A stretch of 64,000 bases of DNA, from positions 22,867 through 86,866 of the IMG/VR virus record IMGVR_UViG_3300035670_000114, one strand, 5' to 3'. Below the pieces are notes generated by a model, which searched no databases, was not told the DNA's origin, and saw only the letters and a list, made by a program, of their open reading frames with translations. The stretch is from a virus. Positions 9,221 to 18,614 of this stretch are shown one piece after another; position 1 is the stretch's first letter; the number at the start of each line of letters is the position of its first letter. The position numbers and the translations under genes were made by a program.

Positions 9221-10220
9221 ACCCGACCTCGTCTGCGAAGGTCCAGTTTATCACTCGCGACTCTTCGGGCTCAGGCGTGCCAGTTGGCCAACGGTCCAAT
9301 CCGTACTTGAACCGGAACCGCGCCGGATCCAGTCCCGCCTCAACCAGATTGGTCTCTGTCCTGATCACGAATAGCTCCACGTCCCGGGTGATGGTCCCCT
9401 GCGACCAAGCCTGCTGGTAACTGTGCTGCGCATCCTCGTAGTCCGAGATCAGCTTCCTGACGGAGGGGTCGTACACGATGGTATCACTCCGATCCTCCTC
9501 CTTGGTCGGCTCGGCCGGGGAGTCGACGCCCGCGTTGAACAGGTTGTAGACGTTCGAGCGCTTGGTGTCGCTAGGCGTGCCAACCCCCGTGATGCTGTTC
9601 AGCGTCCTGCTTCTGTTCTGGTTGGACCAGAAGTCAGACGATTCCACGCCGGCCTTAATAACCGAGAAGAATTCCTCGTAGTCGTGCGCCTTGATACCAA
9701 GATCCTTCATGTGTATGTCGATTGCCCTCACCAACTGCATGCTAATCCGCCTGATCTTGGCGTAATCCTTGGGCCTGTACTTATTCCAGGCATCAGTAGC
9801 CTCCTGCAGGTAGTCGCGCTTGGCCCTCTGCACACCCAAGTCGCCACCAGTCTGCTCACCTTCGGTTACTGCGCTCTTGCACGCAATCATCTTGTCGTAC
9901 TCCTCTTCCACCCTCGCCTTGTCCCTCTTGAGCTTGTCGATAATCGGCGCAGGATCAGCCAACATCGGATGAGAATCCGGCCCACTAATGAAGCCGAGCT
10001 GCCTTAGCTCATCCATGCACCTAATCCTCGTTGAGCGATGTACCCCAACACAGCGATCAACAAAGGTTATGCCTCTAGTCTTGAACCCAACGTGATTCAG
10101 CAACGCCAAATAAATCACCCTAGAGGTTGGGTGCAATTCCTGGCAAAACAGGATGGCAATTGGGCACTTCACGTATGGCGTGCTGTCCCAATCTGACTCC
10201 TTTGAAACAGTGAAAGTCAT
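9210..10220 (-). CDS. Replication initiator with N-terminal HTH
   Basis: IYLAL...GVHRSTRIRCMDELRQLGFI; lies between iterons and helicase. Confidence 0.7.
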   Translation of the reverse strand: MTFTVSKESDWDSTPYVKCPIAILFCQELHPTSRVIYLALLNHVGFKTRGITFVDRCVGVHRSTRIRCMDELRQLGFISGPDSHPMLADPAPIIDKLKRDKARVEEEYDKMIACKSAVTEGEQTGGDLGVQRAKRDYLQEATDAWNKYRPKDYAKIRRISMQLVRAIDIHMKDLGIKAHDYEEFFSVIKAGVESSDFWSNQNRSRTLNSITGVGTPSDTKRSNVYNLFNAGVDSPAEPTKEEDRSDTIVYDPSVRKLISDYEDAQHSYQQAWSQGTITRDVELFVIRTETNLVEAGLDPARFRFKYGLDRWPTGTPEPEESRVINWTFADEVGYAG

Positions 10221-10295
10221 TAAACGCTTTTACAGAACAGGGGCGTATCCAGATCCTAGCACCGCCGAAATCAACCCGCCAGGCGGCTCGATCTG

Positions 10296-10494
10296 GTTGC
10301 ATTTTGCAACCGAGCACGTTGCATTTTGCAACAGGCATCCGAAAAAACGGTATCACCACGGCACCAAAGCCTGGCAAGCGGTTGCATTTTGCAACTACAC
10401 ACGTTGCATTTTGCAACCAAGGACGTTGCATTTTGCAACCACACACGTTGCATTTTGCAACAGCACCCCCTGCCGACCTGTTGCATTTTGCAAC
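10296..10494. repeat. Iteron array/putative replication origin: 7 x GTTGCATTTTGCAAC
   Basis: Copies at 10296, 10318, 10381, 10403, 10425, 10447, 10480; AT-richer tract follows. Confidence 0.88.
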
Positions 10495-10684
10495 GTGATT
10501 AAGAGATCTCTGCTTAGAAAGCAATCTCTAAAGGGTTTCTTCCTCTAAGGCTGTTCCCCTTGAATACCAAACCACTACTAAGACCTCCTTCTAACGCGGG
10601 CATGCGCTCCGCGCCTTCTTGTCGAGGTAGTTGACCACACGGGGAAATCCGGCTAACCTTCAGACCGTGCCCCTTGCCCAGCCC

Positions 10685-11020
10685 ATGGATCAAGCCCCGG
10701 AGGTCGACGCCGGCTACGACGAGGTCGGCAGGATCGTCGTCCCACCCGTGCTTGAGGGCATCAAGTCCCGCTCCTGGGCCTGCGAGCTGATCTCGCTAGC
10801 CGAACACGACCCCAACCAACTCGACGCATGGATCAAGCGCTACCGACGCGAAAACCGCGAGTCCCTGAAGGCCCAAGCACGCAAGCGCAAGCGCCGCGCC
10901 GCCAAGATCGAACGCCTCAAGGCCGAAGCCAACAAGCTCGTCGTCGAAGGACTACATCAAAACCTCGACTCCAGGGAACCACCAACCGCACGAAACCAAC
11001 GGCCTGGATGCTCGACGTGA
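10685..11020 (+). CDS. Hypothetical protein
   Basis: Codon bias. Confidence 0.55.
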   Translation: MDQAPEVDAGYDEVGRIVVPPVLEGIKSRSWACELISLAEHDPNQLDAWIKRYRRENRESLKAQARKRKRRAAKIERLKAEANKLVVEGLHQNLDSREPPTARNQRPGCST

Positions 11021-11232
11021 CGGTGCCAAGTTGCCCAACCTTTGCGCCACTCGCCGTCGACGGCTCGCCCAACTACCGCGTTGCTGTTGCCCTCGACCGC
11101 AGCCCCGGCCCACTCGTCGGCGTGTGCTCCGAAGCCGGCCCCGAAGACTGCGCCGCCTGGGTCGCCGAGAATCCATCCTGGTTGCTCGACTTCGGACCCA
11201 GTCGCACCGCAAGGCACCAAACACACCGCTAA
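11008..11232 (+). CDS. Hypothetical protein
   Basis: Fills gap, C-ending codons. Confidence 0.4.
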   Translation: MLDVTVPSCPTFAPLAVDGSPNYRVAVALDRSPGPLVGVCSEAGPEDCAAWVAENPSWLLDFGPSRTARHQTHR

Positions 11233-11266
11233 GCTTCAGGGCGGAACCCGAAAGACACCCACCCCA

Positions 11267-12028
11267 ATGCCGGAAGCCATCCCAAACCTTGCAGGAGTCG
11301 CCACCAAGGGCCTGGTTGAGTCCATCGGCAGCGGAAGCTACAAGGCCGACTACATCAACTGGTCCCGCACCATGAACCTCCTGCGGGACTACGCCCCGGG
11401 CTGGATGGCCGAGGCGGTGCCCACGACCGACGGCGCCCTCGTCCACCCGTCCTCGGGTCCTGGCGGCTACCTGCTGATCCGCTTCCGCCACGTCGACGGC
11501 ACCGTGACGCCATCCGTGCCCCAGGCGGTGATGGACCACAAAAACAAGGCGATTGCCCTCGACAACATCACGGCCCGCGACATCACCGACACCCACCGTC
11601 GCGGCTGCTGCCTGGCTGCAGCCTTCACCTTCGGCCTGGCCTACGAACTCTGGGCCAAGATGCCCCTGGAGGCCGCCGCACCGCCGATCCCCTCCGAAGA
11701 CGCCCCCGCCGACACCCAGCCCGCCACGCGCCCCACCCGCCGCGCCGCAGCTTCTGCGTTGGCCACCCCGGCACCCGCCACCAGCGCCGAGTCGCAGGCC
11801 GCCCCGACCACCGAGCAGCCACCGGCAGATGAAGCGATTAGCGACAAACAGCGCTTCATGGAGGCCGCCATCGAGAAGGGCCTCACGACGCACGCCATCG
11901 AGAGCCTGATCAGTCGCATCGGCTCCGACTTCCTCGGCGGCATCGAGAAGCTCAAGGAGAAGGACGCCGCCTGGGTGCGCAGCTACAACGAAGCCAGCGA
12001 CCCGGCCAACGACGCAAAAAAGTTCTAA
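11267..12028 (+). CDS. Single-strand annealing protein (Sak/DUF1071-like)
   Basis: YINW, QAVMDHKNKAI, DITDTHRR, FGLAYELW. Confidence 0.75.
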   Translation: MPEAIPNLAGVATKGLVESIGSGSYKADYINWSRTMNLLRDYAPGWMAEAVPTTDGALVHPSSGPGGYLLIRFRHVDGTVTPSVPQAVMDHKNKAIALDNITARDITDTHRRGCCLAAAFTFGLAYELWAKMPLEAAAPPIPSEDAPADTQPATRPTRRAAASALATPAPATSAESQAAPTTEQPPADEAISDKQRFMEAAIEKGLTTHAIESLISRIGSDFLGGIEKLKEKDAAWVRSYNEASDPANDAKKF

Positions 12029-12150
12029 CCTCAGCGTTCCCCAGGCTCCCGGTTGTCGTCGACACGGAGCCTGGCCCGCCCTGCATCGACTCTGCTAGTA
12101 TTGCCTTTGCTGCCGCCTTTGGTGGCGCCATTGTCCCTCCCGAGTAGTCG

Positions 12151-12987
12151 ATGCAGTCAAACCATCAGTCCGAGATCACCGCCTGGCTGAACGCCGCTGG
12201 TCGCTTCCCCTTGATCCCCCCGGAAGAGATCAACCTGATCGCCAGGCGCATCCAGGCGATGCCTGAGTCTCGTGCCCGCCGCAGGCTGATCAACAAGCTC
12301 GTAAGCCACAACCTGCGTCTCGTGGTCAGGCTGACCAAGACCTACATGCAGGGACACGGCCGCCACCGCTGGGGCAGCATCGAAACCCTCGACTTCCTAC
12401 AGGTCGGCGTCATGGGCTTGATCCGAGCCGCCGAAAAGTTTGACCCGGCTCGCGGCTACACCTTCTCGACGTACGCGGCCCACTGGATTCGCTCCACCAT
12501 AGGCCGTCACAACATCCGCACCATCACCCCCGTGTACGTGCCCGAATCCGCGTCACGACGGATGGTCTTCTTCGAGCGCAACGGACACATCAAGACCCGG
12601 GGCGGCAGCGGCCTGATGCCCGAGCGGCAGATCGACCAACTGATCGACAACATCCGCCTGGCCTACAGTTGCGTCTCGACCGACTATCGCATTGACCCGC
12701 GCACGACCATCGGCGAGCTAATCCCCGACACCAACACCTCCCACGGCACCAACGAGGTCTCCTACACCATCGAGGAGTCGCTTCGTGAGGCCGGCGTGGA
12801 TCCAATCGGTTGCCAGATCCTGATCCGCAACTACGTCATGAGCCAAAGCCTTCAGGTGATCGCCAAGGACCTCGACATGACCGTCGACCAGGTCAGGATC
12901 AAGAAGAAGAAAGCGATGAATGTCGCTCGCCGACACCCAGATGCCTTCCAGAACGCCTACACTGAGCTTGTACCAACAGCCCCATAG
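12151..12987 (+). CDS. RNA polymerase sigma-70 factor (RpoD-like)
   Basis: GRFPL, NLRLVV, GLIRAAEKFDPARGYTFSTYAAHWIR. Confidence 0.92.
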   Translation: MQSNHQSEITAWLNAAGRFPLIPPEEINLIARRIQAMPESRARRRLINKLVSHNLRLVVRLTKTYMQGHGRHRWGSIETLDFLQVGVMGLIRAAEKFDPARGYTFSTYAAHWIRSTIGRHNIRTITPVYVPESASRRMVFFERNGHIKTRGGSGLMPERQIDQLIDNIRLAYSCVSTDYRIDPRTTIGELIPDTNTSHGTNEVSYTIEESLREAGVDPIGCQILIRNYVMSQSLQVIAKDLDMTVDQVRIKKKKAMNVARRHPDAFQNAYTELVPTAP

Positions 12988-12995
12988 GGGAACCG

Positions 12996-13349
12996 ATGGC
13001 CTCAATTTCAATCGCCGGCAAAGTCGTCTGCAAAGAAGGCACCGCACCGGTGGCACTCAAGACCTTCGACAACGGCGGCACGCTCGCCAAGTTCTCGGTG
13101 GTCGACAACGAATACTTCTACGTGAAGGAAGGCGACGACCGCGCCGGCCAGTTCTACGAGGTCGAAGTCAACGGCAAGGCCGCCGAGATCTTCGCCGAAC
13201 GACTCCTGCGTGGCGACCGCGTCGCGGTTCACGGCCAGCTCGTCCAGCGGGTCTACAACGACAAGACCTACCTGACCGTCAAGAACGCTCGCGTCACCTC
13301 CCTGGAGCCCCGACGCGACCAATCCGCTAATCAGGAAATCCCTTTCTGA
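12996..13349 (+). CDS. ssb: Single-stranded DNA-binding protein
   Basis: OB-fold pattern, RGDRVAVHGQL, C-terminal EIPF. Confidence 0.88.
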   Translation: MASISIAGKVVCKEGTAPVALKTFDNGGTLAKFSVVDNEYFYVKEGDDRAGQFYEVEVNGKAAEIFAERLLRGDRVAVHGQLVQRVYNDKTYLTVKNARVTSLEPRRDQSANQEIPF

Positions 13350-13369
13350 CACGCGGTTTTATCGCTTTC

Positions 13370-13398
13370 GCCCCGGCCCCGGTCGGGGCCTTTTCTTT
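13370..13398 (+). terminator. Rho-independent terminator
   Basis: GCCCCGGC/GTCGGGGC stem followed by TTTTCTTT. Confidence 0.75.
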
Positions 13399-13438
13399 GG
13401 AGCCGTGCTACGCTTGACGGGTCACCACACGGCTAGTC

Positions 13439-13789
13439 ATGCCCGAGTCACCCGAACTGATCATCAACGAAGAGGCCTTGGCCCTCCTGAAAACCTGGAA
13501 CGGAGCAAACCAGCTCGAAAACCAGGAAAAGCACACCGCACTGCAGGCCCTTGCCTACTGCCTTGGCCGCAACTACCGCGCCGCCGCCGAGGGAGCCAAG
13601 GACGGCGTCTTCACCTTGAGCTTCCGCGTCAAGTTTGACCGCAACGAGGTCCCGACTGCCATCAAGGCCGTCTCTCGCTGCTCAACCGTGTCGACGGCCG
13701 ACATCGACCTCACCTGCCCCTTCCCCGACAACGAAGACGACGCCAGCTCCGAGGCCCAGGCCAACGAAGGCACCCCTTCGCTTTTCTGA
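13439..13789 (+). CDS. Hypothetical protein
   Basis: Codon bias; TGCTACGCT upstream. Confidence 0.6.
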   Translation: MPESPELIINEEALALLKTWNGANQLENQEKHTALQALAYCLGRNYRAAAEGAKDGVFTLSFRVKFDRNEVPTAIKAVSRCSTVSTADIDLTCPFPDNEDDASSEAQANEGTPSLF

Positions 13790-13856
13790 TCCACTAGCCA
13801 CCGGGCGACGTCCAACCGGTGTCGCCCACCACTTATTCATCCCCTAGATCAAAGCG

Positions 13857-14306
13857 ATGGAGCAAATCGACCCCTACGAGGTCGCCCCCAGTACCGTTGG
13901 CGCCCTCTTCGACGACGTGCCACGCCTGACCACGGCCCTCGTGCGACCGCACGTCATCGCCGGCCTGATTCACCGTGGCGCCATTCGCTATTCGGAAATA
14001 CTGGCCTCCATCACCCCATACTGCAGTGTCGAAGACCTGAAGGTCGGCAACTGGGATCCACTCGAAGGCGACTACTGCGACGACTGCACCCGTCTCGAAA
14101 GGCTGCTGGACGAGGTCCTCGGCGAATTCGTTGGCGCAGGACTGGTGCGCTACAACGAAGAGAAGGAACTCTGGGTCTTGACCGCCAAAGACATCCCCAA
14201 GGTCATCTCCTGGGTCTCAGTCCTTGGCGGCCGGATGCCCGATCACTTCCTCCTCTACCTCAGCCAACAGCAGACACTGCGCTACAAGCAGAATGATCAA
14301 GCGTAG
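13857..14306 (+). CDS. Hypothetical protein
   Basis: Codon bias. Confidence 0.6.
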   Translation: MEQIDPYEVAPSTVGALFDDVPRLTTALVRPHVIAGLIHRGAIRYSEILASITPYCSVEDLKVGNWDPLEGDYCDDCTRLERLLDEVLGEFVGAGLVRYNEEKELWVLTAKDIPKVISWVSVLGGRMPDHFLLYLSQQQTLRYKQNDQA

Positions 14307-14532
14307 CCATGCCTCCAAGTCCACCAAACCAAGGGACCACGAACGGCTGGCCGCTCGACCGACGCCTGTTCGCATCTACGCACGCCACTCAAGCGTCGAG
14401 GTCTACCTTGGCTGCGGCTGGAAGAAGGGCAGCGTGATCTCAAGCGATCGGGACGGCTGCTCCGTCTGGCTCGGCTCGGAGCAGCGCATGACCCGCTGCT
14501 TCGACAACCGTAACATCCGTCCAGCCTCCTAA
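14293..14532 (+). CDS. Small SH3-like hypothetical protein
   Basis: VEVYLGCGWKKGSV...DNRNIR. Confidence 0.55.
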   Translation: MIKRSHASKSTKPRDHERLAARPTPVRIYARHSSVEVYLGCGWKKGSVISSDRDGCSVWLGSEQRMTRCFDNRNIRPAS

Positions 14533-14577
14533 CGGCCAGCGCCAGCAATCTGCTAGACTCTATCCAAGCCTGCAACC

Positions 14578-14874
14578 ATGGAAGTATCACAAGCCAACAA
14601 ATTTGTCGGCCAAGACGTGATCATTCGCGTCATTGCCGGAATCGACTACGTCAGGGACATCCGTTGTCAAATCGTTTCACGAGAAGGCCGCAATCTTTAC
14701 ATTGACATCCTCGGCATGAAGGACTATATCTGGCTACCGGACGTCATCAGCATCACCCCAGACCCGAACCCTCCTGTCGAGCAATGGGACGGCACCGACG
14801 TCGAGCCAACCTTCCGCTTCACGTCCAATGGCGGCTCCACCACGCCGACAACTCCTTCCAGCCAGCAAGCCTGA
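14578..14874 (+). CDS. Hypothetical protein
   Basis: TGCTAGACT upstream. Confidence 0.55.
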   Translation: MEVSQANKFVGQDVIIRVIAGIDYVRDIRCQIVSREGRNLYIDILGMKDYIWLPDVISITPDPNPPVEQWDGTDVEPTFRFTSNGGSTTPTTPSSQQA

Positions 14875-14920
14875 AGCCCGGCCCACTTAGACTCTGTGGT
14901 CCGCCAATAGAGTCACGGCC

Positions 14921-15352
14921 TTGAGTCCCACGCAAGCCGATCCAACCTTTCCGGGCGAGTCCTATGAGCTGCGCGTGCGAATGCCGCTGTGGTCCAAGCA
15001 GCGACCGAGGTTTACCCGCGCTGGCCATGCCTACAAGAACCCCGCCTACGACCAGGCCTTGAAGGACATGCGAAGCTCGCTGTCCGAGCTGTGGCCGTAC
15101 CCGCCGATCGACTACCCCATATCGGTCCACCTCCACCTTTGCGGCGAAGGCCGAGGCGACCTCGACAACATTGCTGGCTTCATCCTGGACGCCGCAGGCC
15201 CCGTCAGAGCCACCAAAAAGAAGGAGGCCCTCCCTGGCGTCTTGTGGGTCGACGACCGGGTGTCGATCATCAGCCACCTCTCGATTTCCTGGACAAAGGG
15301 CGAGAAGGCTGACTCCTGCTGGGATCTGCGAATCGTTAAACTGAGGCCCTGA
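14921..15352 (+). CDS. rusA: RusA-like Holliday junction resolvase
   Basis: SKQRPR, GDLDNIAGFILDA, WVDD. Confidence 0.85.
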   Translation: MSPTQADPTFPGESYELRVRMPLWSKQRPRFTRAGHAYKNPAYDQALKDMRSSLSELWPYPPIDYPISVHLHLCGEGRGDLDNIAGFILDAAGPVRATKKKEALPGVLWVDDRVSIISHLSISWTKGEKADSCWDLRIVKLRP

Positions 15353-15363
15353 GCTACGTCGCC

Positions 15364-16245
15364 GTGTCCGCTTCGGTCAGCTACCTCCAGGCCGACCCCT
15401 CCTACCGGAAGGACCCTGGGCATGCGCAATCGAGTGTCAAGCACATCCTCAAGTCGCCAGCGCACTACCAGGCCGAGAAAAAGAAGAAGATCGCCCCAAC
15501 CCTGACGATGCAGATCGGCACCGGGGCCCACTGCCTAACGCTTGAGGGCAAGGAGCAATTCGAGAAAGACTTCGTCCTCAAGCCGGATGGCCTGAGCCTG
15601 GCGACCAGGGAAGGCAAGGCCTGGAAAGAAGAAAACAAGTCGAAGACGATACTCTCGCAAACGGACCAATACCAGTCCTGGGACGCCGTTCACGGCATGG
15701 CCGCCGCCCTGCAGGAGCTCGACTGGTTCGACCCATCTCAAGCCGACTACCGCAAATTCAACGAAGTCAGCCTGTACTGGCGCTCGGAGGGCCTCGACTG
15801 CAAGGCCCGCATAGACAGGCTGCTGCTGTCGGACACTCACGCAACCATTCTGGACGTCAAGAGTACCGACGGCGTCAAGATGGAGGACTTCAGGAAGAAG
15901 GTCATCGGTGACTTCAACTACATGTTTCAGGCCGCCTGGTACACCGACGGCGTCGAGCAATACTACAAGCTGCCGACAAACTTCATCTTCGTCGCCATCG
16001 AGCGAACCCCTCCCTACCAGATCGGCATCTTCGACATCAGCGACGAGATGATCGACGAGGGCTTCCGTCAGATCAGGCACGCCAGACGACTCCTGAAGCA
16101 CTGCCTCCAAACGAAAGACTGGGGGCGTCCTCCCATCGTCTCCGGCACCCTGGAGCTTCCGCCCTACTACCGTTCGCCACTGGGCGATGCTACACTTGGC
16201 TCGTCAATGGAAGCTCTCGAAGAGGCCTTCTCGATCCCCGCCTGA
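15364..16245 (+). CDS. RecE/exonuclease VIII-like PD-(D/E)XK nuclease
   Basis: SPAHY, GTGAH, CKARIDR, DVKST, YMFQAAWY, FIFVAIE. Confidence 0.88.
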   Translation: MSASVSYLQADPSYRKDPGHAQSSVKHILKSPAHYQAEKKKKIAPTLTMQIGTGAHCLTLEGKEQFEKDFVLKPDGLSLATREGKAWKEENKSKTILSQTDQYQSWDAVHGMAAALQELDWFDPSQADYRKFNEVSLYWRSEGLDCKARIDRLLLSDTHATILDVKSTDGVKMEDFRKKVIGDFNYMFQAAWYTDGVEQYYKLPTNFIFVAIERTPPYQIGIFDISDEMIDEGFRQIRHARRLLKHCLQTKDWGRPPIVSGTLELPPYYRSPLGDATLGSSMEALEEAFSIPA

Positions 16246-16250
16246 CCCAT

Positions 16251-17984
16251 ATGGTGCGACCGGCCACTAGAGACCCACGCTTCCGGGTCGACCTGATTTT
16301 CGCCACACCCAATCCCCAGCAGTGCATCTATGCCGCGATGCACCAGGACTACAGCGAAGGGTTCGTGGCGGCCGACCGCGCCGACTGGCCGGATGAGACC
16401 CGCGCCGGCGAAATCTGCGTGAAACGGCTGCTGGCCGGCGAGCGGGGCCACTACGGCTGCTACTCGGCCGACACCGAGGTCTTGACGGAAGCAGGCTGGA
16501 CTCCCTGGCCGGACGTGACGACGTCAACAATGCTTGCTGCCGTCGACATCAGCAGTGGCGCAGTCAACTTTGAAGTCCCAACCGCGATCCAGTGCATTCC
16601 CATCAAAGAAGGCGACAGCCTCTACAGTTTTGAATCCCAGCGTCTAAGCCTCGCCGTCACGCAAGATCACCGGATGGCCATATCCAGCCGCAAGTCGACC
16701 GGATGGAGCCAGTGGCGCTTCGAGCCAGCCTCTTCTGTAGCCGGCAAAGCTGTTCGCTACAGGCTTGCCGGAAATCTTAAGAAGCGCAGCATCCCCGACG
16801 ACTGTCCGCAAGGCGTTGATCTCGTCAGTCTATTCAAGGTCGCCGGCTTCTTCTTCGGCGATGGCTGCCGCAGCCAGTCAAAAGATCCTAAATGCCTCAG
16901 ATTCCGCTTGCGTCGCGCTCGTAAGATTGCTTACCTGAAGAGCTGCGGCTTCGCTGTCAAAGAAACGAAAGGCGATCGGTTTGTTCTCAGAGATGCAACC
17001 GTTTCCCGGTGGATCCACAAGCACTTCCAGGCTGAAGAGGGCAAGCGTGTGCCGTCCTTCATCATGTCTCTTCCTGAGGGCCTGTTTCAAGCATTCGCCG
17101 ATGGATTGAAAAACAGCGACGGCACAGCCAAGCGGCAAACGTGGGCATTTGACTCCGTGGAAAAGGCCGCCCTGGACGTCATTCAGGCCGCCTTCCACCT
17201 CAACAACCAGGCCGCCTCCTTAACGCTGAACAACTCGAACGAGGGAGACATCCACAAGAATCATAAGCCTTGCTGGCGCCTGCACGTCTCGTCTCGCGAG
17301 CCCTACGCCCGGGCTGAGGTCAATCAACAAGGACGCACTCGCGGAACCGAAAAGCTGATCCCGTACGAAGGCAACGTCTACTGCGCAACTGTCTCAACTG
17401 GAGCGCTCCTTGTACGTCGCAACAACAAGCCAGTGGTTTGTGGGAACTGCCTGGAACATCCCAGTATCACCTTGAACACTGGCTGGTTCCCCCATTCCGT
17501 TCTCCAGCAGGCACGAACCCACCGTGTGGGAATTTCGTTTGATTGTCAAAGTCTGAGATATACTGGAAAGCGTATATCTCAAGTCGCAAATGGAGAGCTA
17601 GATGCGGAAGAGGTATTTTACCTGCGACCAGTTGGCAGTTATAGCGACCGCAAAGGCAAGAAGTATTCCTACACCCAGCAACAGCGCGACATAGACCTTG
17701 CTTTATGCCGCAACGCCGCGAGGCGCTACGATGAACTCATCCAACTCGGATACGCCGAAGAGCACGCCCGTGGTATCCTGCCGTTCGACTATCGCCAGCA
17801 CTTCGTGGTGAGCTTCTCCCTGAGAGCCTTTCTGCATTTCCTGGACCTGCGTGCCAAGCTTGACGCCCAAGAAGAGATCCGCGCCCTCTGCGACCTGATG
17901 TGGCCTCACCTGCAGGCCTGGACACCAGAGATTGCCGCCTGGTACGAGTCCGCCCGCCTTCACAAGGCAAGGCTTGCGCCCTAG
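16251..17984 (+). CDS. thyX: Flavin-dependent thymidylate synthase with intein
   Basis: GHYG|CLEHP, QQARTHRVG.SFD.QS.RY, AEEHARG, DAQEEI. Confidence 0.93.
   Translation: MVRPATRDPRFRVDLIFATPNPQQCIYAAMHQDYSEGFVAADRADWPDETRAGEICVKRLLAGERGHYGCYSADTEVLTEAGWTPWPDVTTSTMLAAVDISSGAVNFEVPTAIQCIPIKEGDSLYSFESQRLSLAVTQDHRMAISSRKSTGWSQWRFEPASSVAGKAVRYRLAGNLKKRSIPDDCPQGVDLVSLFKVAGFFFGDGCRSQSKDPKCLRFRLRRARKIAYLKSCGFAVKETKGDRFVLRDATVSRWIHKHFQAEEGKRVPSFIMSLPEGLFQAFADGLKNSDGTAKRQTWAFDSVEKAALDVIQAAFHLNNQAASLTLNNSNEGDIHKNHKPCWRLHVSSREPYARAEVNQQGRTRGTEKLIPYEGNVYCATVSTGALLVRRNNKPVVCGNCLEHPSITLNTGWFPHSVLQQARTHRVGISFDCQSLRYTGKRISQVANGELDAEEVFYLRPVGSYSDRKGKKYSYTQQQRDIDLALCRNAARRYDELIQLGYAEEHARGILPFDYRQHFVVSFSLRAFLHFLDLRAKLDAQEEIRALCDLMWPHLQAWTPEIAAWYESARLHKARLAP
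16458..17447 (+). mobile_element. Intein (330 aa) with LAGLIDADG-type endonuclease region
   Basis: CYSADTEVLT start, VTQDHRM block B, AGFFFGDG and DGLKNSDG, VYCATV...VVCGN|C end. Confidence 0.92.
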
Positions 17985-18009
17985 ACTTCACCCAAGCTTG
18001 CTGATCCCC

Positions 18010-18585
18010 ATGGCCCCGAAGCTCGTTCTGTTCAACGGCCCCCGCCACTCCGGCAAGGACACCGCTGCAGCGAAGTGCGTCGAGCGCTTCAATGCGCTTC
18101 ACTTCAAGATGTCAGGTCCAATCAAGGCAGCCATCAAGGCCACCTTTTCGTTGACTAACGAAGACGTCGAGTACCTGGAGTCCATCAAGACCGAGCCCTG
18201 CGACCTCCTATTTGGCAAGAGCTACGTCGACGTCCAGATCACCTTCAGTGAAAAGTGGGGCAAGAAGCAGTTCGGCGAGCAGTTCTTCGGCAACCTGGCG
18301 GTGCGCCACGTCCGGCAACTGCTGGCAGATGATCAGCGCCCAAGCCCACTCGTGGTGTGCAGCGACTCCGGCTTCTCCCATGAAGCCAAACCGCTACTGA
18401 ACACCATCTTCGACGTCGAAGACGTCCTGCTTGTCAGACTCCATCGCCCCGACAAAAGCTTTGATGGCGACAGTCGCGGCTACATCAAGCTCGATGACGT
18501 TGCCACCATTGAGGTCTGCAACGATGGCGACATCGACCTGTTCCACAAGCGAATCGTCGACGTCGTCTCCGTATTCGCCGAGTAG
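18010..18585 (+). CDS. Deoxynucleoside monophosphate kinase
   Basis: NGPRHSGKDT P-loop, SDSGF. Confidence 0.75.
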   Translation: MAPKLVLFNGPRHSGKDTAAAKCVERFNALHFKMSGPIKAAIKATFSLTNEDVEYLESIKTEPCDLLFGKSYVDVQITFSEKWGKKQFGEQFFGNLAVRHVRQLLADDQRPSPLVVCSDSGFSHEAKPLLNTIFDVEDVLLVRLHRPDKSFDGDSRGYIKLDDVATIEVCNDGDIDLFHKRIVDVVSVFAE

Positions 18586-18614
18586 CCGCGCAGGCGGCTT
18601 CTGTCGGCACAATA

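Noticed and set aside
10296-10494. CRISPR array
   Set aside because: Repeats are 15 bp with mostly 7-bp gaps and no cas genes are present; iterons fit better
10120-10548. ORFs with VAKCN/LHFAT repeats
   Set aside because: They are translations of the iterons and are open on both strands
12041-12074. Terminator after the Sak-like gene
   Set aside because: A stem is present (CCAGGCTCC/GGAGCCTGG) but there is no U tract, so it was not called
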